Notes: generated by a model not told the origin, from the letters alone. A stretch of DNA of 64,000 nt from a bacterium (GCA_021786315.1 JAJYNN010000002.1:31370-95369); one strand, 5' to 3'. Positions 9,511-19,385 are shown, counted from the first letter of the stretch. Numbers and translations are program-made.

Positions 9511-10641
9511 ATGAAGAATCCTCAAATAATCTTAGGAGTTGAAACAAGCTGTGATGAAACGGCGGCTGCTGTCGTGCAAAAAGATAATAATGGAGTACAA
9601 GTTTTATCCAATATTGTAGCTTCGTCCGCTTCACTGCAAGCAAAATATGGCGGCGTAATTCCGGAACAGGCTGCCCGGGAACAGTTGAAAAGTATCGTTC
9701 CAGTTATCGAAACAGCGATTAATGATTCGGGGTTAAAGGTTGACGAAATTGATGCTATCGCCGTCACCGCCGGACCGGGGCTGATTGGCTCACTGTTAGT
9801 CGGGGTCGAAACTGCCAAAGTCCTCTCCAAAACGTGGCAAAAGCCGCTGGTACCGGTTAACCACCTTGTCGGTCATTTTTACGCCAACTGGGTTAATTCC
9901 AGTGTATCGGAATATCGGAATATCGGAATATCGGAAAAATCAAAACCTTCCGACAATCTGACACCCCGACACTCTGACACTCCAACCTTTCCAGCAATCG
10001 GACTTCTCATTTCCGGCGGTCATACCGATTTGATTTTAATGAAGGATCACGGCAAGTACGAATACTTAGGCGGCACCCGCGACGACGCGGCCGGAGAGAC
10101 CTTTGATAAAACCGCCCGGCTTTTGGGCCTTCCCTATCCCGGCGGTCCCCAAATCTCCAAAGCGGCTGAGTTCGGAAACCCAGTTACCTACGGTCTGCCC
10201 CGGCCGATGATTTCCTCCGACGACTTCGATTTTTCCTTTTCCGGACTAAAGACGGCCGTCTCCAATCTGGCTACCCGGGGCAATGCCCGAAACGACCATA
10301 AATTTACCAACAACCTGGCCGCCTCGGTCCAGGCAGCAATTATCGATGTTTTAATTAAGAAAACCCTCCGGGCAATAAAACTGTATGATGTAAAACAGGT
10401 CGTGGTAGCCGGCGGGGTTGCCGCAAACCAAAAGTTGCGCAAACGGTTGACCCAGGCAATCCAAATGGAAGCGGGGCATGTGAAAATCTCTATCCCCCCG
10501 GTTAATTTGTGCACTGATAACGCCGTCTATATTGCCACTGCCGCTTTTTTCAATTACCACCCAACTGACCCCTTAACTTTACAAGCCAACCCCAACCTTT
10601 CCTTAGGATCGTCAGATCGCAAGCTCTGCTTTAGATTATAA
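9511..10641 (+). CDS. tsaD: tRNA N6-adenosine threonylcarbamoyltransferase TsaD
   Basis: LGVETSCDETAAAV, GPGLIGSL, HLVGH, ISGGHT, DDAAGE, FSFSGLKT, CTDNA. Confidence 0.97.
   Translation: MKNPQIILGVETSCDETAAAVVQKDNNGVQVLSNIVASSASLQAKYGGVIPEQAAREQLKSIVPVIETAINDSGLKVDEIDAIAVTAGPGLIGSLLVGVETAKVLSKTWQKPLVPVNHLVGHFYANWVNSSVSEYRNIGISEKSKPSDNLTPRHSDTPTFPAIGLLISGGHTDLILMKDHGKYEYLGGTRDDAAGETFDKTARLLGLPYPGGPQISKAAEFGNPVTYGLPRPMISSDDFDFSFSGLKTAVSNLATRGNARNDHKFTNNLAASVQAAIIDVLIKKTLRAIKLYDVKQVVVAGGVAANQKLRKRLTQAIQMEAGHVKISIPPVNLCTDNAVYIATAAFFNYHPTDPLTLQANPNLSLGSSDRKLCFRL
9899..9988. repeat. Octamer-period inverted tandem repeat inserted in frame in tsaD
   Basis: (TATCGGAA)x4 at 9905-9936, then about 5 degenerate (YCYGACAC) units at 9949-9988. 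Confidence 0.8.
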
Positions 10642-10660
10642 GATCGCAAGCTCTGCTTAT
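10614..10660. repeat. Two copies of dispersed motif AGATCGCAAGCTCTGCTT(AT)
   Basis: Copies at 10614-10631 and 10641-10660; another at 16977-16996 and an inverted variant at 61435-61454. Confidence 0.8.
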
Positions 10661-10678
10661 CTCAGGTATAATACAGCT

Positions 10679-12814
10679 ATGGACAAATCAGATAACCAAA
10701 ATGTTGAACAAAAATTATATGAGTTTTGGGACAAGGAAGATTTATTCGCCGCCAACCCTGACTCAGATAAAAAACCCTACTCCCTTTTAATGCCTCCTCC
10801 CAATGTCAACGGAGAGCTGCATTTAGGCCACGCCATGGAACAGTCCATCATGGACGCTTTGGCCCGATTTAAGAGGATGCAGGGGTTCGACGTCCTATTA
10901 TTACCAGGCGTAGACCACGCCGGCATCTTGTTTGAAGGCACCTTTAACAAAATCCTGGAAAAGGAGGGGTTGTCAAAATATAAATTAGGCCGGGAAGAGT
11001 GGTTAAAACGGGCCTGGCAATATAAAGAGGAAGTCTATAACTCTTTTCATAAAACCTGGACTGTCATGGGAATTTCGGCTGACTGGTCCCGGGAAGTGTT
11101 TACTTTAGACCCCAAGGTTCAAAAAGCAGTGTTAGCCGAGTTTAAAGCCTTCTGGGACCAGGACTTGCTATATAAAGGGGCGTATATCGTCCAATGGTGT
11201 CCCAAGTGCGGCACCGCCATTGAGGACCTGGAGATGGAATACCAGGACAGAGAGGAAAAACTCTATTTTGTTAAATACCAGATTGAAGGAACAGACGAGT
11301 ATGTTACTGTCGCTACCGCCCGTCCGGAAACCATCTATGCCGACACCGGCATTGCCACCTATCCTAACCATCCAAAGTTTTCCAAATTTGTGGGCAAAAA
11401 TGCCGTCAACCCTTTAAACGGCAATAAGCTACCAATTTTTGAGGATGAGCGGGTTGAAAAAGATTTTGGTACCGGCGCCTTAAAAATTACCCCCGGTCAT
11501 GATCCTTTGGACTACGAGATTGGCAAGGACCACAATCTATCAATCCTGCATGCAGTTGACAAAGCCGGGAAGATGACTGATCTGACAGAAGATTTATCAG
11601 GACTCAAAATCGGTGAAGCTCGGGAAAAAGCTGCCGGAAAATTAGAAACTGCCGAAGCAATTGAAAAAGTGGAAGACTATACCCATTCAGTTCCGGTTTG
11701 CGAAAGGTGCAAAACAACTGTTGAACCACTAATCTCCGAGGAATGGTTTGTCAAAATGAAGCCATTGGCCGAAAAAGCCTTAAAACACATTAAAGAGGTC
11801 AACTTCCTACCGAAAAACTATGAGAAAATTCTCTCGGATTGGTATAAGGAAATCCACGACTGGTCAATCTCCCGCTCTCTTTGGTGGGGACACCAAATCC
11901 CGGTTTGGTATTGCCAGGAATGTAATCCCAACCATGAAGTCGGCAAAGACAAGGATATGGTTATCTTTCTAGACAAACCAAAGGAACCTTGTAAAACCTG
12001 CAAAGGCTCAACATGGGTACAGGATGAACAGGTTTTGGACACCTGGTTTTCCTCCGGGCTTTGGCCAATGGCGACTCTGGGCTGGCCAGAAGAAACCTCC
12101 GAGCTTAAAAAATACTACCCCTGGGATTTTGAAACTTCCGCCCCGGAAATTAAGTATCTCTGGATCTCCCGGATGATTATGTTGGGCCTATGGTTTAAAG
12201 ACGAGATCCCTTTTAAAAATCAGTTTTTCCACGGGATGCTCCGGGATTTACAGGGGCGCAAGTTTTCTAAGTCCTTAGGTAACGGCATCAGCCCTTATGA
12301 TTTGGTTAACCAGTGGGGTGTTGACGCTACCCGCATGGCGCTTTATACCTACTCTGTTCCCGGACGGGATTCCAAGGTCTCCCGCCAAATCATGGATGAA
12401 AGATGTAAAAATTTCCGCAACTTTAGCACTAAGCTCAAAAACATCCACCGTTTCATCTATGAATTAAAACCAGAAGACGCAGCCGAAGTGTCAGACTATT
12501 CTCATGATGATGATACCGAGATTATCCAACATCTAAACGGGTTAATTGATGCGGTCACTAAAAATATCGAAAATTACCAGTTACATCTGGCCACCGAGGA
12601 ACTTTATGACTTTATCTGGCATAAACTGGCTGACAGCTACATTGAATGGTCCAAGAAAAGAAGATCTGACGCTCAACCATGTTTGGAATATGTTTTTGAA
12701 ACATGCCTTAAACTTCTCCATCCATTCATGCCATTTTTGACTGAGGAACTTTATCAAAAACTACCCGAACACCAGAAATCTATCATACTGGCCCCTTGGC
12801 CGGAGACTAAATAA
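10679..12814 (+). CDS. valS: Valyl-tRNA synthetase (short form)
   Basis: PPPNVNGELHLGHA, PGVDHAGI, ATARPET, KITPGHD, DWSISRSLWWGHQIP, DTWFSS, KFSKS. Confidence 0.97.
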   Translation: MDKSDNQNVEQKLYEFWDKEDLFAANPDSDKKPYSLLMPPPNVNGELHLGHAMEQSIMDALARFKRMQGFDVLLLPGVDHAGILFEGTFNKILEKEGLSKYKLGREEWLKRAWQYKEEVYNSFHKTWTVMGISADWSREVFTLDPKVQKAVLAEFKAFWDQDLLYKGAYIVQWCPKCGTAIEDLEMEYQDREEKLYFVKYQIEGTDEYVTVATARPETIYADTGIATYPNHPKFSKFVGKNAVNPLNGNKLPIFEDERVEKDFGTGALKITPGHDPLDYEIGKDHNLSILHAVDKAGKMTDLTEDLSGLKIGEAREKAAGKLETAEAIEKVEDYTHSVPVCERCKTTVEPLISEEWFVKMKPLAEKALKHIKEVNFLPKNYEKILSDWYKEIHDWSISRSLWWGHQIPVWYCQECNPNHEVGKDKDMVIFLDKPKEPCKTCKGSTWVQDEQVLDTWFSSGLWPMATLGWPEETSELKKYYPWDFETSAPEIKYLWISRMIMLGLWFKDEIPFKNQFFHGMLRDLQGRKFSKSLGNGISPYDLVNQWGVDATRMALYTYSVPGRDSKVSRQIMDERCKNFRNFSTKLKNIHRFIYELKPEDAAEVSDYSHDDDTEIIQHLNGLIDAVTKNIENYQLHLATEELYDFIWHKLADSYIEWSKKRRSDAQPCLEYVFETCLKLLHPFMPFLTEELYQKLPEHQKSIILAPWPETK

Positions 12815-12815
12815 C

Positions 12816-13076
12816 TTACTTCTTATAGAGATGTTTCAGCCATAAAGATTTGAAAAACGGCAGGGTGAGCGTGGACAATAAAAATCCAACTGAGGGAACT
12901 ATAGCATTAAGCCAAGGCCTATCAATATTAATTGCCTGGAGATATAAACCAATAGCCAGATAGGTAAAAATTATCAGGAGTCCTCTCCTTAAAAAACTTG
13001 TTTCCCAAGCCTTGTCGGACTCGACCTTCTTATTCCTTTCTTCAATTTTTTGAACACGGTGCACTAAATCTTCCAT
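12816..13076 (-). CDS. Small membrane protein
   Basis: 86-aa ORF, ERNKKVESDKAWETS followed by two hydrophobic segments. Confidence 0.7.
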   Translation of the reverse strand: MEDLVHRVQKIEERNKKVESDKAWETSFLRRGLLIIFTYLAIGLYLQAINIDRPWLNAIVPSVGFLLSTLTLPFFKSLWLKHLYKK

Positions 13077-13120
13077 ATCTTAACCATACTAAAATTTTTT
13101 GGGAATTCAAGAGAGATAGA

Positions 13121-13855
13121 TTATTCTTGGGATTCTTCAGCGGGTTTCTCTTCCCCACCTTCAGTAGAAGTTTCACCTTCAGTGGCTTCACCCTCAGCTC
13201 CTTCTTCACCTTCAGCAGGAGCCTCGCCTTCAGCAACCTCAGCAGCAGCTTCAGCCTCCGCGGCTTCTTCTTCCATTAACTTTTGGGCTTCCTCAGACAC
13301 AGCATTATCAAGTTTAACAACGACTGCTTCCGGATCTGCCAAAACCGTAACTCCCTGGGGAACACTCATTTGGATAACAGTCACAGCATCGTCAATGGCT
13401 TTAAGGTTGGAAATATTAACTACCAGCTTTTCCGGAAGTTCAGTTGGCAAAGCTTCAACCTCAACCTCGCTCATCGGCTGGATAACAATCGCCTCACCGG
13501 ATTTAACCACTTCCGGTTCCTCACCCTCAAGCTCAATTGGCACCCAAACCTGAACTTTTTCATTCAAGTTAACCTGGTAAAAATCAACATGTAAAGTTGC
13601 ACCTTTTACCGGATCTACCTGGACATCACGGATTAAAACCGGGCGGACTTTCTCAGCTCCAATTTTAAGGTCAATTAAACCGGACTCACCAGCTTGGTCG
13701 TAAACTTTGGCAAAGTCTTGAGCTTTAACCGCCACGTGCTCGGTTTCAACCTTGTTTCCAAAAACGTGCGCCGGAACAAACCCCTCTTTGCGGAGCTTTT
13801 TGACTTGTTTTCCTAAAATCTCTCTTTCTTCAGCTTTAAGTGGAATTCTATCCAT
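13121..13855 (-). CDS. rplY: 50S ribosomal protein L25 (Ctc type)
   Basis: LRKEGFVPAHVFG, VQVDPVKG..LHVDFY, acidic tail; start placed at the ATG of MDRIPL. Confidence 0.95.
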   Translation of the reverse strand: MDRIPLKAEEREILGKQVKKLRKEGFVPAHVFGNKVETEHVAVKAQDFAKVYDQAGESGLIDLKIGAEKVRPVLIRDVQVDPVKGATLHVDFYQVNLNEKVQVWVPIELEGEEPEVVKSGEAIVIQPMSEVEVEALPTELPEKLVVNISNLKAIDDAVTVIQMSVPQGVTVLADPEAVVVKLDNAVSEEAQKLMEEEAAEAEAAAEVAEGEAPAEGEEGAEGEATEGETSTEGGEEKPAEESQE

Positions 13856-13915
13856 AATTTTTGTCCTCAAAAATTACAAGATCGTTCGCCGCAGGCGAAG
13901 GTAGCCTTATAATTT
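13856..13915 (-). repeat. CTAC/GATC hairpin motif, copy 1 (abuts the rplY start codon)
   Basis: Minus strand AAATTATAAGGCTACC-TTCGCC-TGC-GGCGAA-CGATCTTGTAATTTTTGAGGACAAAAATT-ATG. Confidence 0.85.
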
Positions 13916-13957
13916 CTCAAATGACCAATGTAATTTATCACATCTTGAGGCTGGACG

Positions 13958-13990
13958 CAAGGTACATTCATGTAAACCGAATGTACCAAG
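13958..13990. repeat. 33-bp palindromic element, copy 2
   Basis: GGTACATTC-9 nt-GAATGTACC hairpin; inverted near-copy of 5475-5507. Confidence 0.8.
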
Positions 13991-13999
13991 GAGAAGCTA

Positions 14000-16840
14000 C
14001 TACTTTTGCAACGTGGCCTCGAAAGCCCGGTCCTGGGAGAGATCGGAAGAGAAACTGATTTCACCGGGGATAGCTGAATTAGTGTTTGAGGTCAGCTTAA
14101 AATCGCTGGGATAAATTATTTTATAGTTGAAGCTATCCGCTCCCGTTCCCATTTGTTTGAACACATTCAACCCAAAGTTTAACTGGTCATCTGCAAACTC
14201 CACAGGCTTACTGTCGGTATAATCAAGCACCAATTGGTATTTTCCCTGGGAAGCAAAATTAAGCGTAAACACATACCCTGCTCTTCCAAAATCACTAAAG
14301 GACCGGACGTATTTAGTAATATCCACATCCTTTACTTTCACCTGAGTCAACTTGGTCCCAGAAGGCAGGTAAACTTTTACCAGCCTGTTTTGCTGCCCTC
14401 CATTGTTTTCATAGTTGACCGTCAGAGTGTGTTTGACATTATTACCCCTATCAATTGTCGTGACCAGATTGAGGTCTTTCTTCAGGTTATAGCCTCCACG
14501 GGCCTCATCCAAATCTGTTTCAATGTACGCTAAAAATTCATCCCTCTCCCCCTTCACCTCTTTTCCCTGCCGTGGCAAAATTGACCCCCAACCTCCTGAC
14601 ATAACCTGTGATAAAAGCTCGTTATCGGCAAAATATAAAACAATGTGTTTCTCGGTGGCCAAGTTGCTGATTGTTTGTATTTGCAGAATAATATTCTTAT
14701 CAGACACAAAGAAGAGTTTATTTAATGTCTCCCTTAAAACTCCTGCTAAAAACTTCTCTTCGTTTGAAGATTGCCTTGCTTTTTGGATTAAATTCTTGCC
14801 ATCGACAGTTTCCCCTGTCTCCGGAATATTCACCAAACCTAAATTATCCAGCAAATTAGCTTCCGCCGTCAGGTCCAAAGCGATTACCCCTGAAATATTT
14901 TCACCTCCTTCTTTGTTATAAAACCATTGGGCAAGTTTAGCATCGGAAGCAAAATCAGCTTCCAGGTTCGAATCCCGCAACCCCCATCCTTTATTCCCAA
15001 TAATCTCTTTGACATCAGCCGGAGGATTAATACTGTCTGTTAATTTGGCGTCCAGACTTTTAATCTCCCCAACTTGGGTATTGGTAAGCTTTCCATGGTC
15101 AAAACTCACTTGGGCATAAGCCTTAATAATGCCTCCCCCACCTCTTAAGGAAGTATTGTCCACAAAAAGAATAAGGTAATTTTTCTTGGTGCCTGAAGGC
15201 GCAATTTGCGGCAATACCAAGGCTAAATTCTTACCCATTTCAGCTACCGTTTTTAAGTCCCCTACCTTCTGATTTATTCCGTTAAGCTTTGAGCCAAGAA
15301 TATTTTTTTTCGAAGCCACAGAGTTGATTGTAAACAGGGAATTTGTCAGTGTCCTATTTGCTTGGTCCAGTTCCGAAAAAGCCTCTTTTAATAACTCTTT
15401 ACTGTCTCCATCCTGTTCCCCGGTAATTACTTTTAAACTTTGGGATAGTTTTCCCAATCCTAAATTTTCATGTCCTACCGCCGAAGCTATATCTTCTGTT
15501 TCACCTAATAAATCGGTAGTTTGTTTTAAATCTTTGCTAAAAAAGTTGAACCCCTGAAGAGTCAACAAAATTTGCTTGACATCCCCTACCCCTTCCGCTG
15601 CCACCTTCATTTGTTCGGCCTCTTTTTTAGCACCTTCAAAATTTCCGGCAAATAACATCTTCTGTCCTGACAAAAGATGGGAATTAAAGCTATACAGACC
15701 GATGATAAACACCGCCAAAGGATAGATTAAGGCATAGGTCACCAGGGACAAAACTAAAATTACCTTGGTATAGTTTTTTAGGTTTCTTACCAGGTCTTTA
15801 AACTTTTTGCTCTCCCCTTTTAACTTCTCTTCAACCTTCTTTTCCATCACTTCAGCCTGGTTCTCTGATTTATCTGATTTCATCTGATCCACTGGTTCTT
15901 CGATGTCATCCGGTTTGATCTGGTTCTCCGGCTTCCTTTCTATCCTCTCCAATACCCTTTCAATCTTTATTGCTTCCGGATTCTCCTTAAAATAATGGAT
16001 AGTTTCCTTTAAGGCCTTAACCAAGGGGGTCTTGGCTTTCCAAGTTAACTCCCTCTCTGTTTTTTCTAAATTTGGAGTTGGCCAGGGAGGCAATTCCGTA
16101 GGGGTGAATCCCCGGCTTTCGTGCCACATGGGATCCATCAGTACCTGCCTGATTTCGGAAATTTTAATCGGCGCGGAAAGGGCCCCGTCATAAATCTTTT
16201 GAGCTGTAGCCCCGTGCATAACCGCTTTGACTAATAAACTGACGGCGTCATCCACAAAGATATCCCGGGTCGTAAAATCCAAGGGAGCCGCCTCTTTTTG
16301 TAATTCCTCCTTGCAGGTTGCCTGAATCAACCTGGCTACGGGATCAGAAGATTTAAAATGCATTCTTGGGCCATAAACATTTTCCAAACGGACAATCCGG
16401 GCGTTGGCCTTTTCTTCTTTGGTAAACTTTGCCAACTCTTTTTCTGCTTCCTTAAGGTTTTCCAAATCTGCAACGTGGGAATCGTAAAAATCGACCGAGG
16501 AGACCAGAACAATCTTGGATTTTAATTCCTTGCAAATTCCCAGAAAGTTGGCAAATGCCTGACGGTAAACGTACGGGGAGATATCCGCGGAGATAACAAA
16601 GAAAGCATAGTCTAACCGGACAAAGGTTTCCTCAAATTTGTCCGAGGCATCCGCCAATAGAAAGTGGAAATTTTTATCCCGGGAAGATTCCGCTAAATTC
16701 TCTTTTCTTCCGGATGAAAGGTTGTCGAGCCCTACTACCTGGATGCTCTTGGAAAGAAGTTTATCAACCAAAGATGACCCCAAAAACCCCGCAGCTCCCA
16801 CAACAAAAGCCACTGGAGTGTTTCGCGAAAGGGTAATCAT
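14000..16840 (-). CDS. Extended SDR (NAD-dependent epimerase-like) domain fused via a TM helix to a DUF4012-like extracellular domain
   Basis: VVGAAGFLGS, DNLSSG, RLENVYGP; later YLILFVDNTSLRGGGG, LRDSNLEADF, GVIALD. Confidence 0.8.
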   Translation of the reverse strand: MITLSRNTPVAFVVGAAGFLGSSLVDKLLSKSIQVVGLDNLSSGRKENLAESSRDKNFHFLLADASDKFEETFVRLDYAFFVISADISPYVYRQAFANFLGICKELKSKIVLVSSVDFYDSHVADLENLKEAEKELAKFTKEEKANARIVRLENVYGPRMHFKSSDPVARLIQATCKEELQKEAAPLDFTTRDIFVDDAVSLLVKAVMHGATAQKIYDGALSAPIKISEIRQVLMDPMWHESRGFTPTELPPWPTPNLEKTERELTWKAKTPLVKALKETIHYFKENPEAIKIERVLERIERKPENQIKPDDIEEPVDQMKSDKSENQAEVMEKKVEEKLKGESKKFKDLVRNLKNYTKVILVLSLVTYALIYPLAVFIIGLYSFNSHLLSGQKMLFAGNFEGAKKEAEQMKVAAEGVGDVKQILLTLQGFNFFSKDLKQTTDLLGETEDIASAVGHENLGLGKLSQSLKVITGEQDGDSKELLKEAFSELDQANRTLTNSLFTINSVASKKNILGSKLNGINQKVGDLKTVAEMGKNLALVLPQIAPSGTKKNYLILFVDNTSLRGGGGIIKAYAQVSFDHGKLTNTQVGEIKSLDAKLTDSINPPADVKEIIGNKGWGLRDSNLEADFASDAKLAQWFYNKEGGENISGVIALDLTAEANLLDNLGLVNIPETGETVDGKNLIQKARQSSNEEKFLAGVLRETLNKLFFVSDKNIILQIQTISNLATEKHIVLYFADNELLSQVMSGGWGSILPRQGKEVKGERDEFLAYIETDLDEARGGYNLKKDLNLVTTIDRGNNVKHTLTVNYENNGGQQNRLVKVYLPSGTKLTQVKVKDVDITKYVRSFSDFGRAGYVFTLNFASQGKYQLVLDYTDSKPVEFADDQLNFGLNVFKQMGTGADSFNYKIIYPSDFKLTSNTNSAIPGEISFSSDLSQDRAFEATLQK

Positions 16841-16998
16841 ATTATTTTTCTTGCTATATTAGGCATCTTTCACACGTTATGGTACTTTTTGAGCGTGTGT
16901 ATTTCAAGAGAGAGCAAAGGTATAGAAGTAGTACAAGATTGTTCGGAGTTTCGGAACGTCAGCTTTTCAGAGTATCAGATCGCAAGCTCTGCTTATAT

Positions 16999-17415
16999 TC
17001 AGATATTCTGATCTAGGATTTCATTAACGAGGGCGTCGGCTTCTTTATTCTGTTCGCGGGGAATGTATGTGTAAACAACATGACCCAATTTCATTTCTAC
17101 ATTTTTGATTTCATCAACCACTATCTTTAATCTGGGGTTTTTAATTTTGAATTTTCCCGCAAGTTGGTTGACCACCAATTGGGAATCTGCCCGCAATTCA
17201 ATCTCTAAAGGTATATCTTGTGAAAAATTTGTCGAAAGATATTTAAAGGCTTCTTTTACCGCAGCATACTCAGCATCATTATTAGTTGCCACCCCAATAT
17301 AACCCCCCTCACGTGCGATGATTTGGCCGTTTTCATCGTGTAAAACAAAGGCTGCTGCTGCCTTACCGGGGTTACCGCGTGATCCTCCGTCAGTGTTAAT
17401 AATAAACTTTCTCAT
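16999..17415 (-). CDS. rnhA: Ribonuclease HI family protein
   Basis: TDGGSRGNPG, TNNDAEY, DSQLVVNQ, PREQNKEADALVN. Confidence 0.92.
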   Translation of the reverse strand: MRKFIINTDGGSRGNPGKAAAAFVLHDENGQIIAREGGYIGVATNNDAEYAAVKEAFKYLSTNFSQDIPLEIELRADSQLVVNQLAGKFKIKNPRLKIVVDEIKNVEMKLGHVVYTYIPREQNKEADALVNEILDQNI

Positions 17416-17424
17416 AGATTGAAG

Positions 17425-18681
17425 TTACTCAGTAATCTTAGCAGTAGAACGAAGCTTTGTCAGCAGGGGAATCAAAACTATGACCTGACACAATAAAATA
17501 AAGTATTCGGAAATGCCGGTAATATACGAGGCGGCAAGATAGCTAAACTTGGGGATAAAGATAAAGTTTAAGACGCTGTTTAGAATCAAGCCTAAAACGT
17601 AAATTAGCAGCATCAGTTTATAACGGCGGAGGGTAATTAGTGTCCACATTAAAATTGAGGATAGGAAGAAAGCTGGGAATCCTAAGGAAAGAATTTGCAG
17701 GGAAGTAATAGACCCGCCAAAACCGCGGGCTCCGGTAATAATCGGCACCACAAAAGGGGAGAGGAATAGAGTAAAAGCCATTCCTAAAATTCCCATAATT
17801 AGCATTAAACCCCCGGCTTTTTGCAGCCGGCTAATAAATTCCCTTTTATTGTTTTCAAAGTCTCTAAGCATCACCGGGTAATAGCTGTTCATAATAAAGG
17901 CCGGAACTACCAGGAGAGACTGGAAAATAGAGTAGGCGAGGTTATAAACCCCTACATCTGAGAAGCTTTTATAGTTGGAAAGAATAAAGGCATCCACCCG
18001 GAAATAGACCAGGTTTAAAATAATAGTGGCAGAAATCGGCCAGGACTCAGTAAACACCCGTTTAACATATGAGAGATCAAAAATAGGTTGAAGTTTGGAG
18101 ATATATTTCCGGGTAAAACTTAAGGCCAGGAGAGCGCTTAAAAACCAGCCCAGTGAATAACCGAGTATTAAATAAGGGTTTCCCAGCCCTTGTTTGATTA
18201 AAAACACCACTGCCCCCAAAATAAGCAATGAACCCAAAGAGTTAGCCAATACTGATAGATCAAAGCGTAACTTACTTTGAAAAACGACGTTAGCTGTTGT
18301 AGTAATAGCTGGCTGGATAATTCCCAATAGCCCTAATAAAACAGTCAGTTTAAAGACCATCATCTGGGGGTAAAAGAGGAGGATGGTGGCAGCCAGAATC
18401 GTTGCCAGGACAGCAATAATAATCCTTAGTCCTAAAAGCCTCTGCCACTCCCGGTGGCTGTTATCACCTAAAAAATTAGGCAAGACGTGGGCATTAAGCC
18501 CAAAATCAGCCACAACAGCAAAGAAACCTAAATAGGCAAGGGCTAAAGTCAAAACCCCTACCTCGCCTGGTCCAAAACTTCGGGCAAGGGCTCCTAAAAT
18601 AATAATCGTGGAAAAAGAAGTAATAGCTTTACCAATGAGTTGCCAGATAGTCTGCTCGGAAATTTTAAAGATCGTTCTCAC
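17425..18681 (-). CDS. Polysaccharide flippase (Wzx/MATE-like)
   Basis: About 12 TM segments; ADFGL, YFRVDAFILS, VGVYNLAY, LNFIFIPKFSYLAA. Confidence 0.88.
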   Translation of the reverse strand: MRTIFKISEQTIWQLIGKAITSFSTIIILGALARSFGPGEVGVLTLALAYLGFFAVVADFGLNAHVLPNFLGDNSHREWQRLLGLRIIIAVLATILAATILLFYPQMMVFKLTVLLGLLGIIQPAITTTANVVFQSKLRFDLSVLANSLGSLLILGAVVFLIKQGLGNPYLILGYSLGWFLSALLALSFTRKYISKLQPIFDLSYVKRVFTESWPISATIILNLVYFRVDAFILSNYKSFSDVGVYNLAYSIFQSLLVVPAFIMNSYYPVMLRDFENNKREFISRLQKAGGLMLIMGILGMAFTLFLSPFVVPIITGARGFGGSITSLQILSLGFPAFFLSSILMWTLITLRRYKLMLLIYVLGLILNSVLNFIFIPKFSYLAASYITGISEYFILLCQVIVLIPLLTKLRSTAKITE

Positions 18682-18712
18682 AAATAAAGTCTAACACAGA
18701 TAGAGTGGGGAG

Positions 18713-19228
18713 TTACTCAGCCGCTTCTTCTTCGACGGGCTCAGAGACTTCAGCATCTTTAGTTTTCTTAGAAGCTTTTTTACCGGTTACAGGTTTTATC
18801 ACCAAGTGTCTGTCGCGACCCTCACCGGCACTTTCCGATTCCACACCCTCAATATCACCAATAACCATATGAATCACTCTTCTTTGCCAGGAAGGCATTG
18901 GGTCCAATTCTAATTCTTTACCACTCTCTTTTACCTCCTCTACCCAAGTCCTCGCTCGTCTTTCCAAATCCCCTTCTTTGTTCTTTCTCCAACCGGCAAC
19001 ATCAATAACCACTCTTTTAAACTCATCAGGGGTTTGGCGGCTGACAATTTGGTTGACGATGAGTTGCAGGGCATCCAAGGTCTCACCCTTAAAGCCAATG
19101 AGTCTTCCGGGGTCGGTTGTCTCAATAGAAACAGCAATTTCCTCAGGTCCCTCAATTACTTCAAAGCTGCCTTCTAAAGCCAAGAGTCCTAAAATATTCT
19201 CTAAAATTTCTGAAACTTTTGCTTCCAC
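18713..19228 (-). CDS. jag: KH-R3H RNA-binding protein (Jag/KhpB-like, lacking the Jag_N domain)
   Basis: GRLIGFKGETLDALQ (KH), RRVIH (R3H), SAGEGRDRHLVI; downstream of yidC. Confidence 0.9.
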   Translation of the reverse strand: MEAKVSEILENILGLLALEGSFEVIEGPEEIAVSIETTDPGRLIGFKGETLDALQLIVNQIVSRQTPDEFKRVVIDVAGWRKNKEGDLERRARTWVEEVKESGKELELDPMPSWQRRVIHMVIGDIEGVESESAGEGRDRHLVIKPVTGKKASKKTKDAEVSEPVEEEAAE

Positions 19229-19385
19229 GTTTTTTATTTCTCCTTATTAAATACAATCCTTTTAAATTAAAAAGGCAAGGTTCTGTGAGTGCGAGGTATA
19301 ATTTCTCATACCGAAGCACGATACAGGTCCTTATGCGTGGTAAGTATAAAGGATTATCTTGAGCTCGTCAACGAGGATAAAAGAG

